Source: Candidatus Obscuribacteraceae bacterium (GTDB lineage Bacteria > Cyanobacteriota > Vampirovibrionia > Obscuribacterales > Obscuribacteraceae). From it: 64,000 nucleotides of DNA. Below are positions 16,300 to 24,341 of the stretch, one piece after another. The DNA lies in NCBI GenBank assembly GCA_044226015.1, contig JBGAHS010000004.1:256001-320000 (forward strand). Direction: 5' to 3'. The notes under the pieces are model-generated. The model did not search any database. It saw nothing but the letters and a program-made list of their open reading frames with translations, and had not been told where the DNA came from. Position 1 is the stretch's first letter. Every line of letters begins with the position of its first letter. Position numbers and translations under genes: made by a program.

Positions 16300-19200
16300 A
16301 TGACCAACAAAACAGCTAATGCCTTCCATCCCGGCTTGTATGTCAAAGACCACGTCCTTCCGAAAGGGATGACAGTTACAGACGCAGCCAAACTTCTTGG
16401 CATTGGGCGTCCTGCGTTCTCCAACTTTCTGAACGGTAAGGCTGCGTTATCTGCGGAAATGGCCATTCGAATTGAAAAGACATTCAGTGTGGACAAAGAA
16501 CACTTGATCAAACTGCAACAGAAGTTTGATAGCACAATGAATAAACATATAGAGAACAGAGTGATCGTTTCCTCTTACGTGCCAAGCTTTCTAACTATAA
16601 CTGCTCACCAGATTGATAATTGGGCGAGCGGATTAGATGCCAGAAAACTTCTATCCGTGCTGCTGCGCAAACTAATACACTCAACCACACCAGAAATTAC
16701 TAACATTGACTTTCCGGGGTTCGACAATGCTGAGCGAAAGGGATGGGACGGTATTTTGGAATGCGGTCAAGCCACACCGTGGGTCGCGCAAGGAAGATCT
16801 GGATGGGAGTTCGGCTGCAATGCTAGCCCGGCGCAGAAGGCGGAACAGGATTATCTTGCACGAACAAAATCTGTCGATGTCGCACTAAGAGCCGTTACTA
16901 CGTTTACGTTTGTGACGCCACGAAACTGGCCCGGCAAAACGAAATGGGAACAGGATAAACGCGCGCTCCGAGAATGGAGTGCCGTCAAGGTCCTGGATGC
17001 CAGCGATTTAGAACAATGGCTGGAACAGTCAGTACCTGCGCAAATATGGCTTGCTGAGCAGATCGGGCTTCCTGTTACTGGTTTCTCAACGCTGGAGCAT
17101 TGGTGGGACAAGTGGGCCCTCGCATCAGAACCTGCCATGTCGCGGGAATTGTTCGAGCCCATGATAAGCGCATCGAGATCTCAATTCATCGAATGGCTCA
17201 ACAGACCCAGCTCAAAGCCACTCGTCGTGGCTGCAGATTCCGTAGAAGAAGCGCTTGCATTCGTTGCGGCAATGTTTTCAGATGAAGAAGTTGCCAAGCT
17301 ACCGCATAGCTCAACTGTTTCCGTCTTCAATGACCCTGCTACCTTGCGAAAACTAGGTGCATCGCCAGCGGCGTTCATCCCAGTCGTTTACACAAGCGAC
17401 ATGGACAAAGAACTGATTAAGATGTGCAAGCAACGGCATTGCATCTCAATCCAATCACGAGGCACGGTTAGATCAGAACCGGATGTGGTGTTGGAAAAAA
17501 TAGGTCCTGATCATTTTCAGGCGGGGCTCGCAGCAATGGGAGTCGATCAAGAGCGTTCTGCCAGGCTCGCTCGCGAAAGTGGACGTTCCCTTACCGTATT
17601 GCGCCGAAGACTATCGCTGATTGAATCTGTCCGTATTCCAATGTGGGCAAGTGATCCTGCACGCTCGGCTGCATTAGTTCCAATGTGCTTGATTGGCGCT
17701 TGGAAGGAAAGCTCCAAGGCCGACCGGGAAATAATTTCTGTTTTGGCAAGAAAGGATTATGGCACCGTCGAAGCAGAATTAGCGCAATTTCTACAGTCGG
17801 AAGATGCTCCGGTTTGGTCCGTCGAATCGGGTCGCGGCGTCGTCAGCAAAGTCGATGTCCTCTTCGCTATCAGCCGCTTGGTGACACGGGAGCATCTCGA
17901 CGATTTTTTCGTGATAGCGGAGTTGGTACTGTCCGAAGCCGATCCCGCACTGGAGTTACCAGATCGGGATAAATGGACGGCCGGCATGTACGGAAAGGTG
18001 CGTGATCATTCTGGCACTTTGCGCGAAGCTTTGTGCGAAACCATGGTGATTTTAGCCATGCATGGAAATGATCTCTTTTCGGAACGTCTGGGAATGAACG
18101 TCCAGACAAAGGTAGAAGTAGTGGTTCGAAATCTACTTTCACCTTTTATTTTGGAAAAATTGAAATTGCAGGATCGAAATCTGCCGTATTATGCGGAAGC
18201 CGCACCCGAAATGTTTTTGACACTTGTCGAGAAAGATTTGCGCAGTCCTAACTCTGCCGTAATGGGACTGATGAAGCCGGTTGAACCAGGAATCTTTTCG
18301 CCATGCTGGCGAACTGGAATTCTTTGGGCGCTGGAGTGCATCGTTTGGAAAGCTGAGTATCTACCGCGAATAACATTGGCGCTCGGCAAGATGGCCGAAC
18401 AGAAACTAGATGACAACTGGAATCACAAACCTATCAACACGCTAAAAGCCATTTACCGATGGTGGCTGCCACAAACGGCCGCTTCTGCAGATGAAAGAAT
18501 TTCGGGGCTTAAACTTTTGGCCAAGAACTTTCCAGAGACTGCCTGGGAAATATGCTTGGAGCAAATACGATCAGAACGAGTCGCCTTTCCGAATTACAAA
18601 CCGAACTGGAGAGATGAAGCTGATGGGTTGGGGGAACCTCGGCGGTTAGAGGAAGGTGGTCGATTTCGACTCGAAGCTCTTCGGCTTGCTATCGCATGGA
18701 CAACACACAATGAACAAACTCTCGGCGATCTTATCGAGCGCATTAATATCATGCCTGAGGAAGAACAATCGCGAGTTTGGGATCTAGTTGACGTCTGGAG
18801 AAAAGATGCAACCGAAGTCGCCAAAAGCGTTTTGAGAGAACGGATTAGGCGTAGCACCTTCACCAGAAGAGGGAGACGGAAGGATCTGAAAGGCGCTGGC
18901 AGAAACCGGGCGCAGGACGCATACCAGAAACTGGCAAGCAAAGATCCTGTTTTCAAACACAAATGGTTGTTTGAGAGCGATTGGGTTGAACCATCATTCG
19001 ACGACCTTGAGGACGAGCAGTACGACTACAAGACGAGTACTAAAAAGATTGGAGAGGACCGCAAGAAGGCTTTGCGGGAAATTTGGCGTGAGCAAGAATT
19101 AGATGGCGTAATTAAACTAGCGAATGAAATCGAACCAGTTCATTTGGTCGCTGGTTATTGGGTTGATAACAACTCGCAGGGGCTGAAGTTGGACTCGCTG

Positions 19201-20379
19201 TTGATGGACCTCGTGCTCGACAAGCGCTTCAAGTCGGAGCGAAAACGAGATGCGTTTGTTTCCACTCTGTTGCGTTGCATAGATTTGGAGATGCGAGATC
19301 GATTCTTCGATTTGGCTATACAGTCGGGAATGAAAAGTGTCCGGCTCGCGAAGCTCCTTACACTTGCGCCGTGTGATCGCTCAACATGGACCACGGTTGC
19401 CAACCAGCCGAAAAGCGTAAAAGCAAAATACTGGGGATCCGTGCATCCGAGGTGGCGGGATTACAGCGAAGATGATCTGGCATTATTGATCGACGAGCTT
19501 CTTGAGGCAGGTAGACCGCGCGCCGCATTTTTCGCGGCTCACATGGATTGGGGCAAGGTTGAGACGCCTCGGCTGATGCGGTTGTTGAATTCACTCATTT
19601 CGAGCGCAGAGCCGGTCCAAGAATATCAGCTAGAGGGATACGACATCTCGGCAGCCTTCGAATCGTTGAATTCTCGCCCAGATAAAAATCCGGAACAACT
19701 CGCGAATCTAGAATTTCAGTTCATCAGCGTGCTGACTGATGATACCGAATACGGTGTCCCGAACTTGCAACGGGAGTTTTCCAAATCACCAAAACTCTTT
19801 TCGGACATTGTAGCAATGGCGACAAAAAGGTCTGATGATGCCCAAGATCCACCGGCGCTGGTGATCTCAGATCTCGATAAACAGCAACAGGTGGCAAAAG
19901 CTTGTTTTACTGCTCTGAGCCACATCAACCATGTTCCCGGATATGACACAGAAAAGCAGTCGATAAATTTGCGTTCAATGCTGGACTGGTTAACGGAAGC
20001 GCGCTCTCGCCTTGCGGATTTGGGACGACAGAATATTGGCGATCAGTTTATTGGGCAACTGCTCGCTCGCCACAAACCCGTATCAGAAGCCGATTGGCCA
20101 GCGGACGAGATCTGTGAGGCCTTAGAGACCATGGGGTCCGATCACATCGCAAAAGGGTTTGCGAATCAAATTTTCAATAGTAGAGGCGTGCATTGGACTA
20201 GTGGCGATGGGAACCAGGAGCGTGAACTTGCGCTCAAGTATAGAAGTCGTGCTCGGCAGTTGGCATTTGAATATCCTTTCGTATCGAGCATTCTTGAAGG
20301 CATCGCGGCTGGATATGACAGGCAAGCACTAAGTGAAGAGACGGAAGGAAAACGACGGAAGCAGTCTTTAAGGGAGTAA
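16300..20379 (+). CDS. 1359-aa protein: HigA-like XRE HTH + nuclease-like domain + long helical region
   Basis: HPGLYVKDHVLPKGMTVTDAAKLLGIGRPAFSNFLNGKAALSAEMAIRIEK is HigA-like. GWDG...WEFG is a PD-(D/E)XK-like segment. Confidence 0.75.
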   Translation: MTNKTANAFHPGLYVKDHVLPKGMTVTDAAKLLGIGRPAFSNFLNGKAALSAEMAIRIEKTFSVDKEHLIKLQQKFDSTMNKHIENRVIVSSYVPSFLTITAHQIDNWASGLDARKLLSVLLRKLIHSTTPEITNIDFPGFDNAERKGWDGILECGQATPWVAQGRSGWEFGCNASPAQKAEQDYLARTKSVDVALRAVTTFTFVTPRNWPGKTKWEQDKRALREWSAVKVLDASDLEQWLEQSVPAQIWLAEQIGLPVTGFSTLEHWWDKWALASEPAMSRELFEPMISASRSQFIEWLNRPSSKPLVVAADSVEEALAFVAAMFSDEEVAKLPHSSTVSVFNDPATLRKLGASPAAFIPVVYTSDMDKELIKMCKQRHCISIQSRGTVRSEPDVVLEKIGPDHFQAGLAAMGVDQERSARLARESGRSLTVLRRRLSLIESVRIPMWASDPARSAALVPMCLIGAWKESSKADREIISVLARKDYGTVEAELAQFLQSEDAPVWSVESGRGVVSKVDVLFAISRLVTREHLDDFFVIAELVLSEADPALELPDRDKWTAGMYGKVRDHSGTLREALCETMVILAMHGNDLFSERLGMNVQTKVEVVVRNLLSPFILEKLKLQDRNLPYYAEAAPEMFLTLVEKDLRSPNSAVMGLMKPVEPGIFSPCWRTGILWALECIVWKAEYLPRITLALGKMAEQKLDDNWNHKPINTLKAIYRWWLPQTAASADERISGLKLLAKNFPETAWEICLEQIRSERVAFPNYKPNWRDEADGLGEPRRLEEGGRFRLEALRLAIAWTTHNEQTLGDLIERINIMPEEEQSRVWDLVDVWRKDATEVAKSVLRERIRRSTFTRRGRRKDLKGAGRNRAQDAYQKLASKDPVFKHKWLFESDWVEPSFDDLEDEQYDYKTSTKKIGEDRKKALREIWREQELDGVIKLANEIEPVHLVAGYWVDNNSQGLKLDSLLMDLVLDKRFKSERKRDAFVSTLLRCIDLEMRDRFFDLAIQSGMKSVRLAKLLTLAPCDRSTWTTVANQPKSVKAKYWGSVHPRWRDYSEDDLALLIDELLEAGRPRAAFFAAHMDWGKVETPRLMRLLNSLISSAEPVQEYQLEGYDISAAFESLNSRPDKNPEQLANLEFQFISVLTDDTEYGVPNLQREFSKSPKLFSDIVAMATKRSDDAQDPPALVISDLDKQQQVAKACFTALSHINHVPGYDTEKQSINLRSMLDWLTEARSRLADLGRQNIGDQFIGQLLARHKPVSEADWPADEICEALETMGSDHIAKGFANQIFNSRGVHWTSGDGNQERELALKYRSRARQLAFEYPFVSSILEGIAAGYDRQALSEETEGKRRKQSLRE

Positions 20380-20384
20380 GAAAG

Positions 20385-21233
20385 TTGGAAGGCGCAAAGC
20401 CAAAACTAAAGCCCGTCGGCGAGTCAGTGTTCGAAAGATATCTGACCAATTTATCGCTAACTTGGGACTATGAACCTCTTGTAGGCACCAAACGACCTGA
20501 TTACTTGATTCTTGTTAAACCGGACCTGAAGGTATTAGTCGAGGTGGAAGACTTCACTGGGAGCAGCCATGAGCTATCAATACTCGACGAAATAGCTGCT
20601 GGTCGGAACCCTGCTGGTCCATGGGATCCAATCAAATACATCAATCGTGCAATTCGAGATGCAGCTGCGCAGCTTAAACCAGGCAAGGGAACCTACCCAT
20701 GCGTGGCAGTACTGTACAACGATGCCACTATGCCCTACGACAACGAATTGTTTGTTACTCAAGCCATGTTTGGCAGGCTTAAGATCACTCAGCTTGTCGG
20801 ACCAGAGGGAGCTATGAGCGAAGCCGAAAGCGTCTATTCTCCAGATGAGCGGTATCTTACGCCAAAGCAAAACACAACAATTAGTGCCGTTGCAGTGCTC
20901 GAGGAAATTCAACCAAATATCCACATCCTCCGGGAAGCCGAACAAGAGTTATTCGCACGTATCGATGCAGAGGAGCCCCCGGATGATCCCTATGAGCGCG
21001 GCTTTGCTTCGGTCACGCGGAAAGCGAAGAAGGCACTACCACAGCTGGAACTCTTACGAGCGGAACTAGAACGCCAATATGGAGCGGAATTTCTCGATAA
21101 GACATGTGAGAGACTTCGTATATATCACAACCCTTGGGCTGCAGTTCCGCTTCCAGCAGAAGCGCTGAACGGCGAATACGATGAGCATTTGTATTACGAC
21201 CTAGAGCGCAGGACATTTACTCGTCATCGGTAA
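20385..21233 (+). CDS. Hypothetical PD-(D/E)XK-like nuclease
   Basis: GESVFERYL...YEP..GTKRPDYLI...VLVEVED. Starts 5 nt after the large gene. Confidence 0.5.
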   Translation: MEGAKPKLKPVGESVFERYLTNLSLTWDYEPLVGTKRPDYLILVKPDLKVLVEVEDFTGSSHELSILDEIAAGRNPAGPWDPIKYINRAIRDAAAQLKPGKGTYPCVAVLYNDATMPYDNELFVTQAMFGRLKITQLVGPEGAMSEAESVYSPDERYLTPKQNTTISAVAVLEEIQPNIHILREAEQELFARIDAEEPPDDPYERGFASVTRKAKKALPQLELLRAELERQYGAEFLDKTCERLRIYHNPWAAVPLPAEALNGEYDEHLYYDLERRTFTRHR

Positions 21234-21248
21234 ACATTAATCCCTACT

Positions 21249-21463
21249 GCACCATATGTAGTGGCGGCACGATCAATTACTCTGCCAACGCTGTGGGTTA
21301 GGCAACGCGCTAGGCACAGGCCGCCTTACCCAACGCCTTACCAGTGAAACTACTCGCTATAGCAACTTTGATAGCGATAGACAAACGATAGACGAATTCC
21401 GTTGATTGAGCTTTCCGACGCTCTACGATTCTGATCGCATTTGCATTAGGCATTGCATTAGGC
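21249..21463. repeat. att-arm-like non-coding module, copy 2, beside the tRNA-fMet 3' end
   Basis: Homologous blocks to 5623-5839. Paired 9-mers at 12-bp spacing occur in both orientations. Confidence 0.7.
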
Positions 21464-21485
21464 GCGCCGTTTTTGCATACCCCAA

Positions 21486-21518
21486 TAAAAAACCGGCACT
21501 TCTCTCGAAACTGCCGGT
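21486..21518 (-). terminator. Intrinsic terminator after tRNA-fMet
   Basis: ACCGGCA...TGCCGGT stem followed by a T-run on the minus strand. Confidence 0.65.
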
Positions 21519-21535
21519 CCTTCTATACTTTTAAT

Positions 21536-21612
<77 letters not shown>

Positions 21613-21712
21613 GTAACAATCTAAATGGTAGCATAAAACCGAGGTGAGCAACGGCGCGTAAATAAATTGTCGCTCACAGGCTGGACAGTACAGGGTTTTG
21701 GCGGTTTACAAA

Positions 21713-22177
21713 ATGAAAGCAGTATTACAACGTTGTTCACATGCTAATGTCGTCGTCGATGGAAAGGCTGTTGGTTCAATCGATTTGGGGTTAATGATTT
21801 TGCTCTGTGTTGAGCAGGGCGACACAGAAGCCGAGTGCGATTTCATCGCAAAAAAATCAATAGAGTTACGAATCTTTGCCGACCCGGAAGGAAAAATGAA
21901 TTTGTCGCTGCAAGACGTCGGCGGTTCCGTCTTGTTGATATCGCAATTCACCCTTGCTGCTGAATGGAAGAAAGGGCGTCGACCCGGTTTTACGAAAGCT
22001 GCCAGTCCGCAAGAAGGGCAGCGGTTATATGAATACTTTGCGGCTCAGCTTGAAAAGCAAAACGTGCGTGTTGAGCGCGGTATCTTTGGCGCGCACATGG
22101 AAGTCTCGCTTTGCAACGATGGTCCTGTCACTTTAATATTGGACCATAAAGTGGAACCGTCTGAAATTAAGAGCTAA
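21713..22177 (+). CDS. dtd: D-aminoacyl-tRNA deacylase
   Basis: MKAVLQR, SQFTL, KGRRPGF and NDGPVT motifs. Confidence 0.95.
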   Translation: MKAVLQRCSHANVVVDGKAVGSIDLGLMILLCVEQGDTEAECDFIAKKSIELRIFADPEGKMNLSLQDVGGSVLLISQFTLAAEWKKGRRPGFTKAASPQEGQRLYEYFAAQLEKQNVRVERGIFGAHMEVSLCNDGPVTLILDHKVEPSEIKS

Positions 22178-22407
22178 ACGCTAAGGCTGAGTGTGCATGC
22201 CCGCAGCACAGCCTTGTTTCGTCCTAGCATAGTGAAAGATGGAGTGAAGGAAGGCGGCCATCTTGTTGAAAGAGACAGCCAGAAGCGCAGAACTAGATGC
22301 GCTCCTTGTTGAGCCTCCTGCCGCACACTCGTTGTTGAGGCGCTCAGAAACGGTAATGTGGAAACAGGAGACTCTCACTGTTTCACATCGATTTCAATTA
22401 GAAGATT

Positions 22408-22481
22408 TGGAGCGGGTAGCGGGAATCGAACCCGCGTGTGCAGCTTGGAAGGCTGCCGTTCTACCATTGAACTACACCCGC
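22408..22481 (-). tRNA. tRNA-Gly (TCC)
   Basis: GCGGGTGTAGTTCAATGGTAGAACGGCAGCCTTCCAAGCTGCACACGCGGGTTCGATTCCCGCTACCCGCTCCA forms a cloverleaf. Confidence 0.97.
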
Positions 22482-23101
22482 ATATATGTAAATGGTAGCA
22501 CATCCCCGATTTTGCGCAATCGAATCACGACTGCTTGGGACGGAAGTTCCAAAACGCGCTTACTTGCGGGATTCGCTCAGTAACATCTTGAAACAGAGTT
22601 GGCTTTCGAGGCTTGCTTAAAAATTCTGAACTTAGTTCGCTGGTTCTTTGAATCGAAGTGCAGCGAACTGATTAACTTGATTCAATCTTTTCGTTGCCTG
22701 CTTGGAACAAACCAGCATCTTCGGAGAATGTGCATTTGGTAAGCCTATAGATGTTATTTCAGTAGGCACCATATGTGGTGCAGGATCTACGCTGAGCGGC
22801 GTCTAATCAACATTGGCAAAATAGGGCGATTGTCTTGCAGTATTGTCGAACTTTTTCGACGCCCGCCGCGCAAGGAATTCCCGGCGACAGCAGCCGTCTA
22901 CAAAAATAGTAGCCAAGCATTAGACCTTTCTGATACAGGCTGTATTTGCGGCTTTTGTCCTTGTGCGCAAATCCGTTGAATGATACATTTCCGAATTAAG
23001 GCTTGTATCAAGGAATATGAGCTTTAGGTTAACATTCTCTCGCTACCCAACTGATAGTATAGGGTGTCCTTGACATGAACACAGTACAGCGGCTCTGGTG
23101 G

Positions 23102-24244
23102 ATGAACGAATCAAGCGCAAACGCAAATTCTTCGCGCACCGACAACGTATCGGTTCCAAAAAGATTAGTGCCTCCGCACATCGAGGCTTTGAACGCCTAC
23201 CAGCCGGGAAGACCTGCTGATGCGCTCAAGGCTGAACTAGGAATTGATAGATTCATCAACCTTGCGTCAAACGAGAACCCACTTGGTCCTCCGAAAAGCG
23301 CATTGGATGCTGTACAAGCAAGCTTGAAAGAAATCAATCGCTACCCCGAATCTGGTGGCTTCCGATTGAGAGAAACTCTTGCTGAGGTGTATCGCGTCAA
23401 AGCCGAAAACGTAGTTGTCGGCAGCGGGTCTGAAAGCATCATGGCAAACATCGTTCGTGCATTCTTGCATGGCGACGATGAAGTTGTGACTTCAGAAGGT
23501 ACATTCATTGGTCTCTACGTTCTTGTGAATTCGCAGGGCGTCAAGCTCGTCAAAGTTCCACTAAAGGACTACAAGTTTGATCTCGATGCAATCGCAGAAG
23601 CGGTTACAGAAAAAACAAAACTCGTTTATTTGTGTAATCCCAATAATCCGACAGGCACGATGTTCTCTCGTGCAGAGTTCGAAACTTTCATACAGAAAGT
23701 GCCCGACCACGTCCTTGTGATTCTCGACGAAGCATACTTCGAATTCACAATGGGCATCGCTGAATTCCCCGACTCGATGACATACCGCTATGACAATGTA
23801 CTCACTCTTCGCTCCTTTTCGAAAGCTTATGCAATGGCTGGGCTTCGTGTCGGCTACGGCATGGGACACGAATACCTCATCAACTACGTCAACAAAGTCA
23901 AACTACCTTTCGAGCCAAACATGCTCGCACAAGTCGCGGCTACAGCCGCGATCAAAGACACGACATACCTCGGCGGCGTCCTCGAAAACAACGACGAAGG
24001 CATGCGATACCTCACCAACGAATTTGAAAAACTCGGCTGGGAGTACGTTCCCTCATCGACAAACTTCATCATGTTGCCGACGAAGAGTGCAGAGCGTGTC
24101 AAGGAAATTCACGAGGGCATGTTGCGCCAAGGTATAGCGATTCGTCCGCTCACCGCGTTCGGCTTGCCTCATTGCTTCCGCATCACCATCGGTTTGCCCG
24201 ATGAAAACGAAGCCTGCATCAAAGGTCTCAAGAAACTGTATTAA
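23102..24244 (+). CDS. hisC: Histidinol-phosphate aminotransferase
   Basis: LASNENPLGP, CNPNNPTG, DEAYFEF and RSFSKAYAMAGLRVGY. The start codon is uncertain (23075 or 23102). Confidence 0.9.
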   Translation: MNESSANANSSRTDNVSVPKRLVPPHIEALNAYQPGRPADALKAELGIDRFINLASNENPLGPPKSALDAVQASLKEINRYPESGGFRLRETLAEVYRVKAENVVVGSGSESIMANIVRAFLHGDDEVVTSEGTFIGLYVLVNSQGVKLVKVPLKDYKFDLDAIAEAVTEKTKLVYLCNPNNPTGTMFSRAEFETFIQKVPDHVLVILDEAYFEFTMGIAEFPDSMTYRYDNVLTLRSFSKAYAMAGLRVGYGMGHEYLINYVNKVKLPFEPNMLAQVAATAAIKDTTYLGGVLENNDEGMRYLTNEFEKLGWEYVPSSTNFIMLPTKSAERVKEIHEGMLRQGIAIRPLTAFGLPHCFRITIGLPDENEACIKGLKKLY

Positions 24245-24341
24245 TAGGCTCGATTGCTGCGTCTAATTGTGGTTAAGTTGTTTAACCGCAATTACCCTGT
24301 TGTCGTTCTTTCTGGGCATAATAGTCTGGGGAGAATTTGGC

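Larger units (their letters stand above)
3420..21535. mobile_element. Composite, decayed genomic island abutting the 3' end of tRNA-fMet (left boundary uncertain)
   Basis: Contains an integrase, a RIT element, a TA pair, nuclease-like genes, many gene fragments and duplicated att-arm-like sequences (5623-5839 and 21249-21463). Housekeeping genes resume after the tRNA. Confidence 0.6.

Noticed and set aside
22181..22583. Short ORFs around tRNA-Gly
   Set aside because: One overlaps the tRNA, and neither has recognisable motifs.
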